A stretch of DNA of 63,811 bases, filler included, from Conidiobolus incongruus B7586 (lineage: Eukaryota): assembly GCA_000697335.1 (NCBI GenBank). It is 20 parts of 20 records of this genome, joined end to end, with 100 filler letters (N's around TTAATTAATTAA, not from the genome) between each part and the next. Parts side by side here need not be neighbours in the genome. Positions count along the whole stretch, not along the records: positions 37,796 to 41,971 come from JNEM01003641.1; positions 42,072 to 44,638 come from JNEM01003643.1; positions 44,739 to 45,812 come from JNEM01003644.1; positions 45,913 to 49,713 come from JNEM01003646.1; positions 49,814 to 52,459 come from JNEM01003648.1; positions 52,560 to 54,815 come from JNEM01003649.1; 14 more parts are not named here. One strand, 5' to 3'. The notes below the pieces were generated by a model, which searched no databases, was not told the origin of the DNA, and was given only the letters and a program-made list of their open reading frames with translations. The position numbers were made by a program, and so were the translations under genes. Positions 40,961-54,095 of this stretch are shown here, in pieces (the stretch's first letter is position 1; every line of letters starts with the position of its first letter).

Positions 40961-42071
40961 TATGCTTGTAATATTCTTAACCCTAATATATTCTATTTGG
41001 TCTTAGAGACTTCTCCCTAGACGTACCAACAATAAAAAACAATATACTCGATCATGAAATGCGTCACATTTCGGTTTCAAATGCTTTTTAATTTAATTAC
41101 TCCGAGCTGTCTTCGAGCTCGCGTTTCACATGGGTCAATCAGCTAAAAACCAATTATAATACTTCACCTCATATTAAAGACTTTGATCATACTATTATTA
41201 ATTTTTTACCTAACGTGGATATATTTTACAATGTAATATAAGTATATCACTATCAGATTTTAATTCAATCATTTTATACTTATATATATTACTGTTTAAT
41301 GTAATAATTAATAATGCTATATTATTTTCCTTTAAAAGTCTAGTAATAATACTAATCTAATATATTTTTCATTTTGTTTATGTATATCACTATTCTTCAA
41401 TATTGAAATAATTTGCAAAGTCACGGAGTCATGTGATTCATTCTAATCTTTATATCCATTTTCAACTTCACGATTAATTAATTAAATTCAAATATTAGTG
41501 ATTTTAAATAAATAGATATATAATAAAAACTCAGCTTATCAAATATGTAAAAATTTCAATTATATATATTTAATAATACACTAATTTTAATATATTACAT
41601 TCATTAATAATTCTTTTATATAACTAGGAATTAGATCTGGTTGTTTTTGCAATGTTAAGAATAGTTAATATTTAAATTAATAACCTAATTTTTAAATTAT
41701 TAATTGTTTGAATTAAAATAATATATGGTAAGAGTAAATATCGACAAAGTACTTTATTCTATTAAAAAGAACGTTTGATTAATCATTGATATTTAACAAG
41801 AGAATCAAACGAATTTGATTGCTTTGATGAATTATTAAATACATAAATATATCATATTGTAAATCAAATTAATTTCTGACAAAGAATAATTTACATTCAA
41901 TATTTTTAACGAAAAATTCTCACTATCAGTTTTGTTTGTGTTATCAAAGAGAAATAAAATAATTATTATTTNNNNNNNNNNNNNNNNNNNNNNNNNNNNN
42001 NNNNNNNNNNNNNNNTTAATTAATTAANNNNNNNNNNNNNNNNNNNNNNNNNNNNNNNNNNNNNNNNNNNN

Positions 42072-43048
42072 AAACTATACAGGAAAATTAGTTAATATTG
42101 ATATTATTATATATGTGTTATATTAAAATGAATATTATTTATATTTTAAAATAACACCTTTAATTAAAGAAATCCTATTATAAAGTTAAGTGGGAGTTTC
42201 AAAACAAATATTAAAATTGAATTGAAATTAACTAAAGTTATTTAGTTTAATCAAACAAAGATATATCATAATAATTTTAATAAAAAAGATAGATTTTTCA
42301 AAAAAGATAAAAAACCACTTTATAACAATTATATTATTATAACCTAAAAATACAATGATGGGTTAATTATAATTTGGGGATATATATTATCTTTAGGTGT
42401 AAGGTATCTTTATAGGGTTAATAGGGAATTAATATTAAGATTTATTAATGTATTTTAAACAATGAATTAAAAAAACTATTAAGTAATATAGGTTAAATAA
42501 ATCAAATATTATTTTCTAACAAGATAATACCTTTTGTTATATAATAAATTCTATTATTAAATGGCTTAAAAATAACAAAATAATTATTATAAAATAATCT
42601 TTTTAATTTTTTAATCTTAACCCAATTGAATATCTTTAAGATCAACTAAAAAAATCAATTAAAACTTTCCCCTTAGCAAAAAATTTAAATTAAATTTAAG
42701 AGTATATTTAAGAAGCTAGAATAATATTAATCTTTTTTAATATAAGAAACTAGTTAACTCTATACCCTATAAACTTAAAGAAGTTAAAAAAATAAAAGAT
42801 AGATATATTAGATATTAATTTTTCTATCAACACTAAAACTCACTAATTTATAACTTATCTTAAATATACTTTTAATTTTAATATATCAATTAATAATTAA
42901 TTAAAATTAACTTTATATTATATTATAAATAAAAAATATACATTAATTACATAGTTTAATATAAATTTATTTAAATTAGAATTAATTAAGATATTAACAG
43001 AAATATTTATATTTTTAATTTTATGACTTATTTTTGCAAGCTAGTATA
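42072..43048 (+). mobile_element. Tc1-like (DD34E) transposon relic, copy 1 (5' truncated), with long right TIR
   Basis: Decayed IWG, FQQDN and DLNPIEHLW motifs (CTT AAC CCA ATT GAA); transposase stop at 42816-42818; TIR with inner and outer direct repeats. Confidence 0.85.
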
Positions 43049-43451
43049 TATTTTTAAATTATGATTAATATATTCTTATATATTTTGGTAAAAATAACAT
43101 AATGGTTATTAAATAATTTTTTGTCCTTTTGAAAATTTTTATCTTTTTTATTAAATTTACTAAAAAATATTTTTATTTTATTAAATTAAATAATATTAAT
43201 TTAATTAGTATTAAATTAACTTTAATAGTGTTATTTAAACTTTTGTTTAATTTTATAATAAAATTTTTTTGTTGGGTTTTTTTGAAGATATAAGTAATAT
43301 CTAATATAATATATAATATATATAATATTACTATAGAATTAAAGAAATAAGAAATTTTTTAATTTCTGATTTTTTAAATATATTATTAATTTCAAATAAA
43401 AAAAATATACAAAAAAAATAAAAAAATAAATAGTTTTAAATTATATATATA

Positions 43452-44638
43452 TATATAATAACTTTTTTAATTAAAAAAATTATTTTTTAAAATTAGTTGT
43501 TTAATTTATTTATGCTTAAACCAAATAGTAACCATCAAAAGTTTTTTATTTAGTATTAATAAAACTTAACCATAAACCCTCTAAAATCATTTAAAATTTA
43601 CAAACAGCTTTTGATAATAAAGTATTATCTAAATCAACAATTTATTACTAGGTAAATTACTTTAAAGCTAAAAAAGAAACTACCTAAAGCCTATTAAAAT
43701 CTAGAAAACTAATTTCAATTATTATTATTCTAATTATTAATAAAGTAAAAAAATTTATTGAAAAGCACCATTTTATTTCAGCTAAAGAATTATCAAGACA
43801 CTTTAATATTAATTACATAATTATTTTATATGTATTAAAGTTTAAATTAAAATTAATTAAAAAAAATATAAAATAGGTATCTTATAATTTAACTAAAGCT
43901 TAAAAAAAAGCTAAAATAGCTATTGCTAAACAAAATTTATTAAGGTATAGCTAGAAACCAAAGCTTTTACAGTAAATTATTATAATTAATAAGTCATAAA
44001 TTCCTTTATATAATCTTTTATTAAAATATAAATCAAGGTGTTAGATTAAGCTAAATCAACCCCCTCTATAAATTCCTTTAAATAAATACTTTATTGATAA
44101 GCAAATATTAATTATTGTAATGGATTATAATAACATATGCTATTTTTATTTAGTTTTTAAAGGAAAATTAATTAATAATAAATTATATTTCTTTTTTAAA
44201 TAAAATTATTTCTAATTGGTATCCTCAATATAATTTGAGAAAACCTATCATTTTGCATAATAATTACAAAATACATAAATTCAAAATTATAAAAAACTTT
44301 TTAAAAAAAAACACTGGAAAAAACTACCATATCTAGTATATTCTTTAGATTATAACCTATATGATTATAATTGTTTTAGATAATTAAAAAACTAGATTAC
44401 AAGAAAGAAAATTTCTTCAACAAAATTTAATTAGCTTGTGAAATATCAAATTTTAGTTTTTAATAAAAAAAAATATTTTTTAGGTGTTAGATCTTTGCTA
44501 AAAGTATAGCAAAAAGTTATTAGAAGTAAAAGAAATTATTAAATTTATATTATATATTTATTTTTACTTTTTATATATTAAAATGTTTATTTTTTTTCAA
44601 TCCTAAAAAATTCCTATTATTTAAATTACAAAGTAATA
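43452..44638 (+). mobile_element. Mariner (DD34D) transposon relic, full length; transposase about 43512-44542
   Basis: Reverting T>C/A>G restores PRSGRP, KWVPHNLT, IITIDESW, LHDN, HPAYSPDYNPCDY and GVRSLP.VWQKVI...GNY*. Right end reads ...TATTATTTAAATTACAAAGTAATA. Confidence 0.88.
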
Positions 44639-44738
44639 NNNNNNNNNNNNNNNNNNNNNNNNNNNNNNNNNNNNNNNNNNNNTTAATTAATTAANNNNNN
44701 NNNNNNNNNNNNNNNNNNNNNNNNNNNNNNNNNNNNNN

Positions 44739-45812
44739 TATAAAACTATTAAGCTAATATTTTAAAATTAATATTATAATACCTAAATCTCTCTCTAAAA
44801 AAGTTTACTTATATATTAATCAACTTTATAATAAAAATAAATTAACTTATAAAATTGCTAAAATTATTAGTATTAGCTAATTTACTATAGTTAAAGTTAT
44901 TAAGAACAATGCTAAAGAAACACCTAAACTAAAATTTAAGTGTGTTAAAATTATAGATAAATATGATAAGAAGTATATTTGTAGATTAGTTAGTATAGGT
45001 AAATATAATATTATTGTTAAAATATAACAAGAATTACAAGACTATATAAGAATATTAGTTAGTATTAATACTATTATATATGTTTTATATTAAAATAGAT
45101 ATTACTTACACTTTAAGAAAAAACACCCCTAACTAAAGAAGTTTTATTGTAAAGTTAGGTGGGAGTTTAAATATCAATATTAAAGTTAAACTAAAATTAA
45201 CTAGAGTAAGGTTATTTAATTTAATGAAACAAAGATATATTTTAATAAATCTAATAAAAAAGTTAGATATTTTAAAAAAGATAAAGAACTACTTTATAAC
45301 CATTATATTATTATAACCTAAAAATATAATAATGGGTTAATTATAGTTAAGGTATATTTGTTATCTTTAGGTATAAGGTATCTTTGTAGGGTTAATAGGG
45401 GAATTAATACTGAAATGTACTAAAGTATTCTAAACAATAAATTAAAAAAAACTATTAAATGGTATAGATTAAAAAAATCCAATATTATTTTCTAATTAGA
45501 TAATATACTTTATTATACTACAAATTCTACTATTAAATAGTTTTAAAATAATAAAATAACTATTATGAAATAACTTCTTTAATCTTTTAATTTTAACCTA
45601 ATTAAATATCTTTAGGATCAATTAAAAAAATTAATTAAAACTTTCCCCTTAGCAAAAAATTTAAATTAATTTTGGGAGTATATTCAAGAAACTTAGAATA
45701 ATATTAGTCTTGTTTAATATAAGAAGCTAGTTGACTCTATACCCCACAAACTTAAAGAAGTTAGAAAAGCAAAAGATGGATATACTAGATATTAATTTTT
45801 CTATCAATACTA
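44739..45812 (+). mobile_element. Tc1-like (DD34E) relic, copy 2; dead transposase frame 44779-45795 (1017 nt)
   Basis: KKKHP, RWEF, NETK (from DETK), DN...34 aa...E spacing and terminal AK(G)GYTRY*; many TAA/TAG at Q and W positions. Confidence 0.88.
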
Positions 45813-48689
45813 NNNNNNNNNNNNNNNNNNNNNNNNNNNNNNNNNNNNNNNNNNNNTTAATTAATTAANNNNNNNNNNNNNNNNNNNNNNNNNNNNNNNN
45901 NNNNNNNNNNNNATGTATATATATACATTTTATTATTCAATGCTTATAATATATTTCAAAAGTTAATAATCAAAAAAATTTTTTTAAATTAAAGATATAA
46001 TTATATTTTTTTTGAAATATTTATTAATATAAATTATTTATGATATTTAATCTTATTATTATATAGATTAATTAATTTGTAAATAATCTTTATAATAATT
46101 TTTGGATATGATATAAAATAATATATAATATAGAATATTAAATATATTAATATCTATATATTAAATTAATTATATTAATTATTTAATGATTTATAAATTT
46201 AATTATATATGTTAGTAAATAATTTTATTAATTATTTAAAAAACTTCTATTATCATATTAAGGCAGTAGTCATATTAAAGGCATCTCATTTTATGAACTA
46301 ATTGAATTTATATTCTTTTGCTTATAAAATATATATATCCACAAAAATTTACAATGGAATCTATTATAAGATAAATATAAATAAATTAATAAACATAACT
46401 TTGTATTTTTAAATCTAAAAATATCTAGTCTCTAAGATTTTCTGGTAATACTCACAAAAATATTGAGTTATTACAAGTGTGAAATATTTACTTTATTCAA
46501 AAAACCTAATCTATAATAAGTTACTTTTATCTAATTTTATGAATCCCCTTAATTTCACTTAATTTTATGGTAATCTATTATTTACCATTGGTGATTCCCT
46601 ATTAAGCTCTAAAAGTCTATTTCCTCCTATATTTGCAATTGTTATATAAATAATCTATATCAATAATTTATATATATAATAATATAATTAAAGTTATATA
46701 ATTATATAAAAATTGTTTATTAAGAATACAAGTGATTTAATAACAATTGATTATTATTTATATATAGTAATAAAAGCTAAAATATATCATTAAAAATTAG
46801 ATTTTAATATAATTATTTATAATATTGTAATTTCTAATTAAAAATAAAAAATATTATTTAGTGCTTTTAATTAAAATATAGTTAAAACTTATGAAGATAT
46901 ATTATATTAATTATTTTAAATATTGCCATGAGTCAGGAGTCTTTTTTCACATTTATTATGCTTACTTCAACTGAATATAAGGGTTATCCCCCCTTATATA
47001 ATCAGCCACTTCAGCTCTATCCTTTAATTGGCTAGTTACACAAACTACCAGAAAACTCCATAAATTCCTTTACTTTATTCAATCTCTATAAAACCCAGTA
47101 TTAGGGCTATCTTGGACAAAACGAGCTTTATCTGGGTCCTCCCAGCTAACTGTCTTAAACCAGTAAACTCCCTCTTCCCCTAACAGTTATCTGGCATTCC
47201 CCAGATCTCTCTATTATTTGAATTAACTTGAACACAGGTTTCCCAACTGGCGTGAATACAAACAATTGATAAGGGAAAACAAAAATCAAGTAAAATTTAA
47301 TTTGATAATCAAATAAAATTATTGAAAATATTTGAAAATACTTTATAAAATATATAACCAATATATTGATAAAATTTAAAGGATCAAAAAACATCTTTTG
47401 AAAAATTTTATTTTAAGAGTATAGAATTTAAATAAGATAATGCTTATAATTATTTCGCAAGGCAAATATATAATAATTAAAGCTTTTAAATATAAAAAAT
47501 ATTAAATAATGGAAGAAAAATGTCATAGATTTATAACATTTTCTGACTCTATTAACTTAAATGTGATTATTGTTTTAATATAAACATTATAATTAATATA
47601 ATTTCAATTAGAGTTTAATAAATAACAACAATAATTTCTTAGCCGATATTTTAGGAAGGTTGTGTTATAACTCATAAACACTCATCAGTCTCGATTCGAT
47701 AGTTAAGTCCATATTGCTACCCCTTTATAGTTGATTTGTTGGTCCAAAATTAAATGATGTCCTTTAGTTCCTTTAAATAAATTTTATCCAAATCCTATGT
47801 CAACTGAACAGATTATTTAAATCCAGAATTGATATAGAATGGTGTTCTATTTTTTCTGAATATTTTGATAAGACTTTTCAAGAGTTAATAAGTTTCAAGA
47901 CATATAGGATTAGTAAATAATTTACTTAATGGTATTACGAGTTTTTTACTAACAACAATCTATTTACAAAACTTAATATGAAGCACAACAGTTGATTAAT
48001 TATAATGAAATATTTATACCTAATATATTCAATAAATTTAAATTCATGTTTTTCTATACCTTGAAAATTTTATTATATGATTAAACCTTTAGATTACTAA
48101 ATACATGTTTATATTTATAATAAATTTCAATCAAATAATTAAAATTTTAAAATTAATTGAATTATATAAATTATTTCTACGTGATTGATCAATAGAGAAA
48201 TATTTTGGCTTAATATTTTATTATTGTTGCAATCATTGTATCAAAACAACTAATATATTTATATTAGTATATTTAGTGCCTAAATAAACTAATTGATGTA
48301 TTAAATTTATTATATAATTTCAAATTTTAATTTTTTTTATACTATACTTATTTATCTTTCAATTATCATTTCAACTATATTCGTATCATAATAAATTTAA
48401 TATTATTACAAACAATTTTAACAAATATATAAAGCAATAAAAAGTTCAAATATAAGAGAATATTACTATTAAAATAATCTATAAATTATGAATTATAAAA
48501 TATATATAATTTATTATTTTACGTTTTTTTAATATGGTTGTTAGTCTATTTTGAGTTTTTATTATTGAGTGTTTTTGTGTTACTAAGTACTTGAGTAGAA
48601 ATGAAGGTATAAAGATATGCATAGTATATATAACAAATAAAAAAGTTTAATAATTGATATAAGTTCATATTAATAACAAAGTCACTCTT

Positions 48690-49713
48690 CTAAAACTATA
48701 TTCTATAATGGATAATTTGCGTATATTGAAATATTTAATAATATTAATACTAAAATGGATTTTAAAATTTAATATATTTACTAATGTCCGAAATAACTTA
48801 AATATTTTGTTTTTTTTGCTAATTCTTGATAATTAAACATTTTAATTTTTAACGTTTAACACTTGTGTAATAATATGATAAAAAAGAAAAATGTATAGTT
48901 TTCTTTCTACGGCTTTTACCAAGATATATCTATATTCAGTTAGCTCTCAATATTCGAAATAAAAGAAGGTTCATTCTAGATTAGAATTTATAGAATCAAT
49001 AAATTTACTAATGTCAGAAATAAACCTCATTTAGTATATTTTTCTTGGGTTCTAATTCTTCGAAATGAACCATTTTATTTTACTTTTCATCCGATATTTG
49101 GCTCATAGTTTTTTGCCAAGAGAAAAATTAAAGTTTTCTTATACAGCTTGTATCAAGAAATATCTCTATTTGAAAATAGCTGTATATCCTAATCTTAATT
49201 TTTTTCAATATAGAATATGATAAAAAGATTTAATATATTTGGTTATTTCCAAAATAAACTTAATATAGTGTCATTTTTTCTTTCATTCTAATTCTTCAAA
49301 ATAAACCATTTGAATTTTCTTTTCGTCCGAAATTTCAGCCACAATTTGTTGCCAATAAAAGATATATAGTTTTGTTATACAGCTTTTATCAAGATATATC
49401 TATATTTGCTTATCTTTCAATATTTGAAATATAATAATATTCATTCTAAATTAGATTATATGAAATTAGTATATTCAGTAATAACTGAAATAGATATTAT
49501 ATAGTATATTTTTCTTCCGTTCCAATTCTTCAAAATATAATATTCTAATTTACTTTTCATCCGACATTCAATCATAATATTTTACCATGAAACATATATA
49601 TAGCCTTCCTATACAGCTTTTACCAAGATATATCTATACTGTATTTGAATTCTGATACTATTTTATTGCGCTAGAATGAATCTGTTCCAACTTAAATTCA
49701 TAACTTTTGTCAT
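48690..49713 (-). pseudogene. Decayed tandem-repeat gene: 4-5 units of about 234 bp (78 codons)
   Basis: The core ATACAGCTTTTATCAAGATATATC recurs at 48907, 49141, 49377 and 49611. The minus-strand frame from ATG 49713 repeats YRYIL(V/I)KAV...SDEK.I...YFEELE with many stops. Confidence 0.55.
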
Positions 49714-49813
49714 NNNNNNNNNNNNNNNNNNNNNNNNNNNNNNNNNNNNNNNNNNNNTTAATTAATTAANNNNNNNNNNNNNNNNNNNNNNNNNNNNNNN
49801 NNNNNNNNNNNNN

Positions 49814-51293
49814 AGTATATTATCTAATTATAATAGGTTATATTTAATTATATTTAATATATTATTGGTTAATATATCAAATCTTAAATTTTAAATAGAG
49901 TGAGTTATAAATTTACAAGTTTAGGAGTTTAAAGGGTATATAAAACAAAAATTACTTAAATCTTTTTTTCTTTATATTAAATTATATATATATATACTAA
50001 TATTATTATTGTAAATTTTTATTTTATATAATATTAATATTAAAATACTTAAATCCCTCTCTAAAAAGATTTACTTGTGTATTAATCAACTCTATAATAA
50101 AGGTAAATCAATTTGTGAGATTGCTGGAATTACTAGTGTTAGCTAGTCTACTATAGTTAAAGCTATTAAAAATTATAATAAAGATATATTTAAATTTAAA
50201 CTTAAGCATACTAGGATTATAAATAAATATGATAAAAGGTATATTTATAGGTTAGTTAATACAGGTAAATATAATACTACTATAGAAATATAGAAAAAAT
50301 TACAAGACTATGTAAGAATATTAGTTAGTACTAATACTATTATATATGCTTTATATTATAATGGATATTGTTTACAACTTAAGAAAAAACACCTTTAACT
50401 AAAAAAGTTTTATTGTAAAGCTAGGTGGGAGTTTAAATGTCATTATTAAAGTTGAACCAAAATTAATTAGAGTAAGGTTATTTAGTTTGATAAAATAAAA
50501 ATATACCTTAGTAGATTTGATAAAAAAGCTAGATATTTTAGAAAAGACAAAAAACTACTTTGTAACCATTATGTTATTTTAACCTAAAAATATAATGATA
50601 GGTGAATTATAGTTTAGGGATATATGTTATCTTCTGGTATAAAGTATTTTTATAGAGTTAATAGGGGAATTAATGCTGAAATAAGCTAAAATATTTTAAA
50701 CAATAAATTAAAAAAATCTATTGAATAATATAGGTTAAATAAATTAGATGTTATTTTCTAACAAGATAATGCTTTTTGCTATACTACTATTTTTATTACC
50801 AAATAGTTTAAAAATAATAAAATAATAATTATGAAGTAGCTTCTTTAATCTTTTAACTTTAATTTAATTAAACACCTTTGGGATTAGTTAAAAAAAATAG
50901 TTAAAGTTTTCCCACCAATAAAAAATTTAAATGAGCTGTAAAAATATATTTAAGAAGCTTAGAATAAAATTAATCTTTCTTAATATAATAAGTTAGTTGA
51001 CTTTATACCCTATAAACTTAAGGAAGTTAGAAAAGCAAAAGATAAATATACTAAGTTTTAATTTTCTTTTTATAACCAAAATATATAAATTTATAACTCA
51101 CTTTAGGTAAAATTTAAACTTTAATATATCAACTAAAAGTTAATATAATTAGATCAAATATATTTAATTATAAATAAATAATGTAAGTTTATTATATGTT
51201 TTAATTTAAATTAATTTGATTAAAAATTAATAGAGTTATTGATAACAATATATATAATCATAATTTTATAACTTACTTTTGTAGGTGAATATA
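49814..51293 (+). mobile_element. Tc1-like (DD34E) relic, copy 3, with long IR/DR termini; dead transposase frame 50045-51061 (1017 nt)
   Basis: HTH GKSI(R)EIAGIT(G)VS(Q)ST, QDNA and HLWD. AGTGAGTTATAAATTTA (49899-49915) is the exact reverse complement of 51086-51102. Confidence 0.9.
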
Positions 51294-51295
51294 TA

Positions 51296-52459
51296 TATTA
51301 ATTTTTTTAATTAAAAATTTATTTTTTAAAATTGGTTATTTAATTTAATTATATTTAAACTAAATAATAATCATCAAAAGTTTTTTATTTTAGTATTAGT
51401 AAAACTTAACTATAAATTCTTTAAAATAATTTAAAATTTATAAGTAGCTTTTAATAATAAAATATTATCTAAATTAATAATTTATTGTTAAATAAATTAC
51501 TTTAAAGTTAAGAGAGAAACTATCTAAAACCTATTAAAATCTAAAAGATTAACTTTAACTATTATTCTTTTAATTATTAATAGAGTGAAAAAATATATTA
51601 AAAAACAATTTTTTATTTCAGCTAAAGAATTATCTAAGTATTTTAATATTAGTTTTATATGTATTTTATATATATTAAAACTTAAACTCAAAATAATAAA
51701 TAAAAAAATAAGTATCTTAAAATATAATTAAAGCTTAAAAAAAGTTAAAATAGTTATTATTAAATAAAACTTAATAAAATATTAATAGAAGTTTACTCTT
51801 TTATAACAAATAATTATAATTAATGAATTTTAAATCTTTATATATAATCCTTTATTAAAACACAAATCAAAATATTAGATTAAGCTATATCAACCCCCTC
51901 TACAAATCCTTTTAAATAGGCATTTTATAAATATAAAAATATTAATTATTATAATAGATTATAATAGTATATACTACTTTTATTTAGTTTATGAAGGAAA
52001 ATTAATTAATACTAAACTTTATATTGATTTTCAAATAAAAGTATTTTTAATTGGTGTTTTTAATATAATTTAAGAAAACCTATTATTTTACATGATAATT
52101 ATAAAATACATAAATTTAAAAATATAAAAAATTTTCTAATAATAAATAATTAGAAAAAACCACCATATCTAGTATATTCTTTAGATTATAACCTATATAG
52201 CTATAATTGCTTTAAGTAATTAAAAAACCAGCTTATAAGAAAGAAAATCTCCATAAAAAAATTTAATTGATTTGTAAAACATCAAACTTTAGTTTTAATA
52301 AAAAGAATTATTTTTTAAGTATTAGTTCTTTATTAAAAGTATAGCAAAAAGCTATTAATAATAAAAGCAACTATTAAATTTATATTATATATTTATTTTT
52401 ATATATTATATATTAAAATATTTATTTATTTTGAATTACAAAAGATTCCTATTATTAAA
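51296..52459 (+). mobile_element. Mariner (DD34D) relic, near full length, abutting Tc1 copy 3
   Basis: Colinear with 43452-44638. LHDN is intact at 52088-52099, with 34 codons to the third catalytic position. Confidence 0.85.
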
Positions 52460-52622
52460 NNNNNNNNNNNNNNNNNNNNNNNNNNNNNNNNNNNNNNNNN
52501 NNNTTAATTAATTAANNNNNNNNNNNNNNNNNNNNNNNNNNNNNNNNNNNNNNNNNNNNATATATATATATATATATATATATATGGTAATCAAAGTTAA
52601 TAATCTACATTTAAGTTAAATT

Positions 52623-53140
52623 CGCACAACATATTATTAAAGCTCCCGCTAAGAAAATTCAATACTTACAAAATTCCGAAAAGAAAATGTCTAAATCTGA
52701 TCCCATTAGCTTAAGTCGCATTGAATTGACTGATACTCCCGACCTGATTAAAAAAGATTGCTAAAACTTTGACTGATAGTGACAATTATATCAGCTACGA
52801 TCTCGAAAGCCGTCCCAGCTTATCTTTCCTCGTTAAGATCTATTCCAGTTGTATCGATCTTCTCATTGATAAGGTTGTTGAAAAATTTCAAGGCCAGGGC
52901 TTTAACGAATTTAAAGATGATTTGACTGAAGTATTGATCCAAAAGATTGAACCTATTCAAATGAGATATACTGAACTCAAGCGCGAACCAAGTAACTTTG
53001 AGCAAGTATTGGACCATAGTGATAAGAAGCCTGACGATTTGGCTCAAGTTAAATTGAGTCAAGTTATGAAAGTCATGGGCTTGAAACTTTATTTAAATGC
53101 ATTAAACAAAAATACATATAATGTTTTAAATATGGCCTAA
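52623..53140 (+). pseudogene. MSW1: Mitochondrial tryptophanyl-tRNA synthetase C-terminal fragment, frameshifted
   Basis: KKMSKSDP...SRIELTDTPDLIKK, then a frameshift in the A-run near 52750 into TDS...ISYD...RP and FKDDLTEVLI...PIQ.RY; conserved residues eroded. Confidence 0.7.
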
Positions 53141-53306
53141 TTCCATAATAATGATTTAAGAAATATATTATTTAAACGTGCTCACTTTGTGAGTTTTTCT
53201 GCAGCAGCTCCTTACTAAGAATTTTATTTTTATTACCTATTAACTCTTATTTAAATACTTTTTTGATAATTTAACAACTCAATAATGATATAACCAATAT
53301 CCAAAA

Positions 53307-53870
53307 ATGAATTCTGACAAAGTCCTAAATTTCGTGACTGCTAAATAAAAGTTACAAATTTTAATGGAGAGTAAAAAACTAAGAGTTCGAAAGCTTGACT
53401 TTTATGTGGATGGATCACCTTTTCAAATCTAAGTGTACTCCAAAACTCTTCATTAATTCCTCATTTTACTTGGAACCTAGGGATCTACAACAAGTTTTGG
53501 AAGAACATAACCTAAATAATTTATGTGGGCATCCTATATGTGATAAACTATCTAAAGTATCTTATTAAGAGTTGTTATTTTTATTGATATATTAATAATA
53601 GTTATTAGAAACCTAATAGTTGATATCACATTCAAATTCAATTTCGCCAAATTGTAGAAACCCTCAATATAAACCATTTAAGAGTAAATTTTGTCATAGT
53701 GCTTATGATTATTATAAATTACAATTATCAGAAGATTTAATATATTTTAAAAATATTGAAAATTGAGTTTTTATTTCATTTTTACTGTTTAATTCATCAT
53801 ATTTCTATTATATTGGATAACAACCTGTAAATTTATTAGAGAATGAAGAAATTCTGAGGAAAAGAGAGTT
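53307..53870 (+). pseudogene. RTR1: RNA polymerase II CTD phosphatase Rtr1/RPAP2 pseudogene
   Basis: YLEPRDLQQVLEEHNLNNLCGHPIC (family motif EER....CGYPLC), later KFC and YYKLQLSED; in-frame stops and frameshifts; one intron. Confidence 0.7.
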
Positions 53871-54095
53871 GAATTAATTTTATATAATTGTATTCATATG
53901 TTCTTTATCTTATTATCATATATATTAATTTAATTACTATTGTTACATTGTTTATATATTGAATATTGTGATTATTTGGTATTTCATTATAAACAGTTTA
54001 TTCTATCATTTGCCAAATGTTTATTAAGACTAATTTATTATTAGCCTGTTATTGAAAGATACTAAAGATTTAGATAGTAACATAATAACTTATGA

